From the NCBI GenBank assembly GCA_946187645.1, contig CAMHRP010000020.1, positions 1,780 through 65,779 of the forward strand: a DNA stretch of 64,000 nt, written 5' to 3'. Made by a program: the position numbers and the translations under genes. Below are positions 60,072 to 64,000 of the stretch, one piece after another. The stretch is from an uncultured Bacteroidales bacterium (lineage in GTDB: Bacteria; Bacteroidota; Bacteroidia; Bacteroidales; F082). The notes beneath the pieces were generated by a model. That model ran no database searches. It was given only the letters and a program-made list of their open reading frames with translations, and was not told the origin of the DNA. Numbering within the stretch: the first letter of the stretch is position 1; every line of letters starts with the position of its first letter.

Positions 60072-60085
60072 AATGTTATTTTATT

Positions 60086-60117
60086 AAAAAGCGGGGACAA
60101 CCATTGGCCGTCCCCGC
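60086..60117 (-). terminator. intrinsic terminator after rpoC
   Basis: Minus strand: GCGGGGAC-ggccaatggtt-GTCCCCGC followed by TTTTT. Confidence 0.75.
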
Positions 60118-60132
60118 TCAGTTCAACACTTG

Positions 60133-63100
60133 TTAGAGAGCGGCCTTTTCTTGCATCTCCTCGTATTCTTCACGAGAGCCCACAATCAAGTCCTCATACT
60201 CACGCAGACCTGTGCCGGCAGGAATCTTGTGACCGACGATCACGTTCTCCTTCATGCCGAGCAGGAAGTCGCTCTTGGCTGCGATGGCGGCGTTGGTCAG
60301 CACCTTGGTGGTCTCCTGGAAGGAGGCAGCCGAGATGAAGCTGTCGGTAGCCAAAGCAGCACGGGTGATACCTTGCAGCACCTGGGTAGCCGTTGCCGGA
60401 CGAGCAGGACGCACCGTCGGCAGGGTCAAGTCCTTACGCTTCAAGGCTGACTCTTCCTCGCGCAGCTTCATGGCCGAAACAATTTCGCCCTTCTGCAACT
60501 TTTCGGAAGCGCCATTGTCCTCAACAAAGAACTTACCGTAGATGTCGTCGTTCTCCTCTTGGAAGGTCAGCTTATTGACCAGCTCGCCTTGCAAGAAGCG
60601 GGTGTCGCCTGGATCGAGGATCTCGACCTTACGCATCATCTGACGCACGATGACCTCAAAGTGCTTGTCGTTGATGACCACACCTTGTTGACGGTACACG
60701 CTCTGAGCCTCGTTGACGATGTATTCCTGCACCTTCATCGGGCCCATGATGGCCAAGATGCTGGCCGGTGTGATGACACCTTCCGAAAGCGGCTGACCAG
60801 CTTTCACGAAGTCGTTCTCTTGAGCCAGAATCTGCTTCGAGGTCGGGATGAGGTAACGCTTCTCCTCGCCCGTCTTGGCAGTGACCACGACCTCACGGTT
60901 ACCACGCTTCAGTTTCTTCTCAAGGTGGACAATACCATCGATTTCGGAAACGATGGCTGGGTCGATGGAGTTACGGGCTTCAAACAGCTCTTGCACACGC
61001 GGCAAACCACCCGTGATATCACCGCCACCAGAAACGTTACGCGGGATACGCACCAATTGGTCACCAGCGGTGATGGCATCGCCTTCGCCAACGATAACGT
61101 GGGCATCAACGGGCAAGTCATAAGAGACCAAAATCTCGCCATTTTCATCAACGATATCGATGAGCGGGTTCTTGGCGCCTCTCTTACCTTCGATGATGAC
61201 TCGCTCAATGAAGCCAGTCTCAGCGATGGTCTCATTACGATAGGTCACACCTTCAATCACGTTCTCGAAGCGAACCTTACCACTGTGCTCAGAAATGATG
61301 GTGGCATTGTAAGGATCCCATTCGCAAATCTTGTCGCCTTTCTTCACCTGATCGCCAGACTTGAAGAACAACTTGGCACCATAAGGAATGATGGTCGTCA
61401 TCAAAACGACATCGGTATGGTTGTCATGCAGCTTCAATTCAGCCGAACGACCGATGACAATCTGATACTTGTCACCTTCCTTGTCGACTTCAACGGAACG
61501 GAGCTCATCGATTTCGAGATAGCCATCATACTTGGCTTCAGTGCTGTTGGCCACCAGGCCCTTCGAAGCCTTACCACCAGAGTGGAAGGTACGCAGGGTC
61601 AGCTGGGTGCCAGGCTCACCGATGGACTGAGCGGCGATGACGCCCACAGCCTCACCTTTCTGCACCAGCTTGCTCGACGACAAGTTACGGCCGTAGCAGT
61701 TGGCACACACGCCGCGCTTCGACTCGCAAGTCAGCACGGAACGGATTTCAACGCTCTCCAACGGCGATTCGTCAATGGCCTCGGCGAGGGCTTCGTTAAG
61801 CTCTTGACCACTGGCAGCGATGAGTTCGCCCGTCTGAGGATGGAACACATCGTGCAAGGCCACACGGCCAAGGATACGGTCATATAATAAGGAGTGCTTG
61901 CCAGGTTCTTTGATTTCTTCACCACGCGAGATGGTCATACCACGGAGTGTGCCGCAGTCCTTCTCGGTAATGATGACATCGTGAGCCACGTCGACCAGAC
62001 GACGGGTCAAGTAACCAGCGTCAGCGGTCTTCAGAGCGGTATCAGCCAAACCCTTACGGGCACCGTGGGTGGAGATGAAGTACTCCAACACGGACAGACC
62101 TTCCTGGAAGTTCGACAGAATCGGGTTCTCAATGATTTCGGAGCCGCCTGAACCAGCCTTCATAGGCTTGGCCATCAGACCTCTCATACCACAAAGCTGT
62201 GACACCTGAGCCTCTGAACCACGAGCACCAGAGTGCAGCATCATATACACCGGGTTGAAGCCTTGGTCGTCGCTCGACAACACCTTCATCACCTCTTGGG
62301 TGAGCTTGGCGTTGACGTCGGTCCAAAGGTCAACGATTTGGTTATAACGCTCGTTGGGACCCATGAAGCCCATCTTTTCGAACTCACGAATCTCAGCGGC
62401 CTTCGAGTTAGCATCAGAGATGAGGTTGCTCTTCATCTGGGGAACAAGGACGTTACCCAAGTTGAACGACAAACCTCCTTTATAGGCTTGATAGTAACCC
62501 ATGTTCTTGATGTCGTCAAGGAACTTGGTTGTGACGGCAGTGCCTTCCATACGCACCATGTCGCCGACGATGCTACGGAGTGACTTCTTCGTCAACAGCT
62601 CGTTGATGAAGCCAAAGTCATCGGGAACCACTTGGTTGAAGATGACACGACCCACGGTGGTCTCGACGAGCTTGGTAACAAGCTGGTCGTTCTCGCGCAC
62701 TTTGACGCGCACCTTGATGACGGCGTGCATATCGGCACGGCCTTCGTTGTGGGCGATGATCACCTCTTCCGGTGAATAGAATGACATGCCCTCGCCCTTC
62801 ACGGGATGCTCAGGCGTGCTCTTACGCGGCTTGGTAATGTAGTACAGACCCAAAACCATGTCCTGCGAAGGCAGCGTGATAGGAGCACCATTCGAAGGAT
62901 TCAGGATGTTATGCGAAGCCAGCATCAGAATCTGAGCTTCCAACACAGCGGCATTGCCCAGCGGTACGTGGACAGCCATCTGGTCACCGTCGAAGTCAGC
63001 GTTGAATGCCGTACATACCAAGGGGTGCAGACGGATGGCTTTACCTTCGATGAGCTTCGGCTGGAAGGCCTGGATACCCAGACGGTGCAGCGTAGGAGCA

Positions 63101-64000
63101 CGGTTCAGCAGTATCGGGTGACCTTTCAGGATATTTTCGAGGATGTCCCAAACGACGGGATCCTTGCGGTCGACAATCTTCTTGGCCGACTTCACGGTCT
63201 TGACGATGCCGCGCTCGATGAGCTTGCGGATCACGAACGGCTTGAACAGCTCGGCGGCCATGTCCTTAGGCAGACCGCATTCGTTCATGTTCAAGTCAGG
63301 ACCAACCACGATAACGGAACGGCCAGAGTAGTCAACACGTTTACCGAGCAGGTTTTGACGGAAACGACCTTGCTTACCTTTCAGGCTGTCGCTCAACGAC
63401 TTCAGCGGACGGTTCGAGTCGGTCTTCACCGCGCTCGACTTACGTGAGTTGTCGAACAACGAGTCGACGGCCTCCTGCAGCATACGCTTCTCGTTACGCA
63501 TGATGACGTCAGGAGCGTTGATTTCAATCAAACGCTTCAGACGGTTGTTACGGATAATGACACGACGATAGAGGTCGTTCAAGTCGGAAGTGGCGAAACG
63601 GCCGCCATCCAACGGGACGAGCGGGCGCAACTCTGGAGGAATCACGGGCACCACCTTCACAATCATCCACTCGGGACGGTTCTCGATGTGCGTGTTGGCC
63701 TCGCGGAAAGCCTCGAACACCTGCAAACGCTTCAGCAGGTCCTGCTTACGCTGTTGTGCCTTCACCTCATTGGCTTCGGCACGCAGGCGATTGGCCTCTT
63801 CATCGATATTCAGGCGGGAAAGGAGGTCATAAATGGCCTCAGCACCCATCTTGGCGATGAACTTGTTCGGGTCGTCCTCAGGGAGATATTGGTTCTCAAT
63901 CGGAACCATTTCCATAAGGTCGAGGTATTCTTCCTCGGTAAGGAATTCGAGCTTCGACACCTTACGGCCTTCGTTGTCATTCGGGATGGCTTGGCCTTCC
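60133..64000 (-). CDS. rpoC: DNA-directed RNA polymerase subunit beta' (partial; N-terminus lies beyond the window)
   Basis: [12 protein letters not shown] catalytic motif, trigger-loop and bridge-helix regions. The frame stays open to the window edge. Confidence 0.97.
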   Translation of the reverse strand, partial: EGQAIPNDNEGRKVSKLEFLTEEEYLDLMEMVPIENQYLPEDDPNKFIAKMGAEAIYDLLSRLNIDEEANRLRAEANEVKAQQRKQDLLKRLQVFEAFREANTHIENRPEWMIVKVVPVIPPELRPLVPLDGGRFATSDLNDLYRRVIIRNNRLKRLIEINAPDVIMRNEKRMLQEAVDSLFDNSRKSSAVKTDSNRPLKSLSDSLKGKQGRFRQNLLGKRVDYSGRSVIVVGPDLNMNECGLPKDMAAELFKPFVIRKLIERGIVKTVKSAKKIVDRKDPVVWDILENILKGHPILLNRAPTLHRLGIQAFQPKLIEGKAIRLHPLVCTAFNADFDGDQMAVHVPLGNAAVLEAQILMLASHNILNPSNGAPITLPSQDMVLGLYYITKPRKSTPEHPVKGEGMSFYSPEEVIIAHNEGRADMHAVIKVRVKVRENDQLVTKLVETTVGRVIFNQVVPDDFGFINELLTKKSLRSIVGDMVRMEGTAVTTKFLDDIKNMGYYQAYKGGLSFNLGNVLVPQMKSNLISDANSKAAEIREFEKMGFMGPNERYNQIVDLWTDVNAKLTQEVMKVLSSDDQGFNPVYMMLHSGARGSEAQVSQLCGMRGLMAKPMKAGSGGSEIIENPILSNFQEGLSVLEYFISTHGARKGLADTALKTADAGYLTRRLVDVAHDVIITEKDCGTLRGMTISRGEEIKEPGKHSLLYDRILGRVALHDVFHPQTGELIAASGQELNEALAEAIDESPLESVEIRSVLTCESKRGVCANCYGRNLSSSKLVQKGEAVGVIAAQSIGEPGTQLTLRTFHSGGKASKGLVANSTEAKYDGYLEIDELRSVEVDKEGDKYQIVIGRSAELKLHDNHTDVVLMTTIIPYGAKLFFKSGDQVKKGDKICEWDPYNATIISEHSGKVRFENVIEGVTYRNETIAETGFIERVIIEGKRGAKNPLIDIVDENGEILVSYDLPVDAHVIVGEGDAITAGDQLVRIPRNVSGGGDITGGLPRVQELFEARNSIDPAIVSEIDGIVHLEKKLKRGNREVVVTAKTGEEKRYLIPTSKQILAQENDFVKAGQPLSEGVITPASILAIMGPMKVQEYIVNEAQSVYRQQGVVINDKHFEVIVRQMMRKVEILDPGDTRFLQGELVNKLTFQEENDDIYGKFFVEDNGASEKLQKGEIVSAMKLREEESALKRKDLTLPTVRPARPATATQVLQGITRAALATDSFISAASFQETTKVLTNAAIAAKSDFLLGMKENVIVGHKIPAGTGLREYEDLIVGSREEYEEMQEKAAL

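Overview
This window looks like a Bacteroidota (Bacteroidales, Prevotella-like) chromosome segment. The evidence is TAnnTTTG -7 promoter boxes in front of most operons, no Shine-Dalgarno sequences, several type IX secretion (T9SS) C-terminal sorting domains, and typical synteny (ubiE-porT, bamD-rpoZ-DUF4835-recN, rpoC-DUF3467). All calls come from reading the ORF translations and the DNA by eye; no database search was run.

Positions 1-36,060 are housekeeping:
- ubiE, a PorT-like gene, tRNA-Glu, lplA, miaB/mtaB, rpsT, radC, wecB and rpsF-rpsR-rplI
- a TrmH-type methyltransferase, tsaE, a PorX-like PglZ response regulator, an HD hydrolase, a thioesterase, an MBL hydrolase and dapA
- two tandem M14 carboxypeptidase T9SS cargos, bamD, rpoZ-like, DUF4835 and recN
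- a serpin lipoprotein convergent with a C10 cysteine protease T9SS cargo
- rsmE, argS, pyrBI with a leader-peptide attenuator, and lemA

Positions ~36,100-58,850 form an accessory, defence-type island in which I found no integrase or transposase:
- two paralogous AAA+DUF4143 ATPases
- a Panacea (DUF4065) antitoxin overlapping an unknown 156-aa partner
- an AlbA_2/HATPase_c_4 protein
- three copies of a small wHTH gene (one intact, two decayed)
- a three-gene SNF2-DUF3883 helicase / DUF1156 methyltransferase / HEPN-DUF499 ATPase operon
- a low-GC two-gene cassette (ParB/DndB-like protein plus HEPN-like protein) with its own promoter
- a repeat-rich cassette-like region and a palindrome-rich boundary

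The window ends with an esterase, DUF3467 and most of rpoC (partial).

The most interesting candidates are the ParB-like/HEPN pair, the DUF1156/DUF499/SNF2 operon (including a compositional mosaic inside the methyltransferase), and the Panacea pair. Several families of unusual intergenic elements also stand out: hairpins built from short tandem sub-repeats, a G-free 36-nt leader repeat, and REP-like palindromes.
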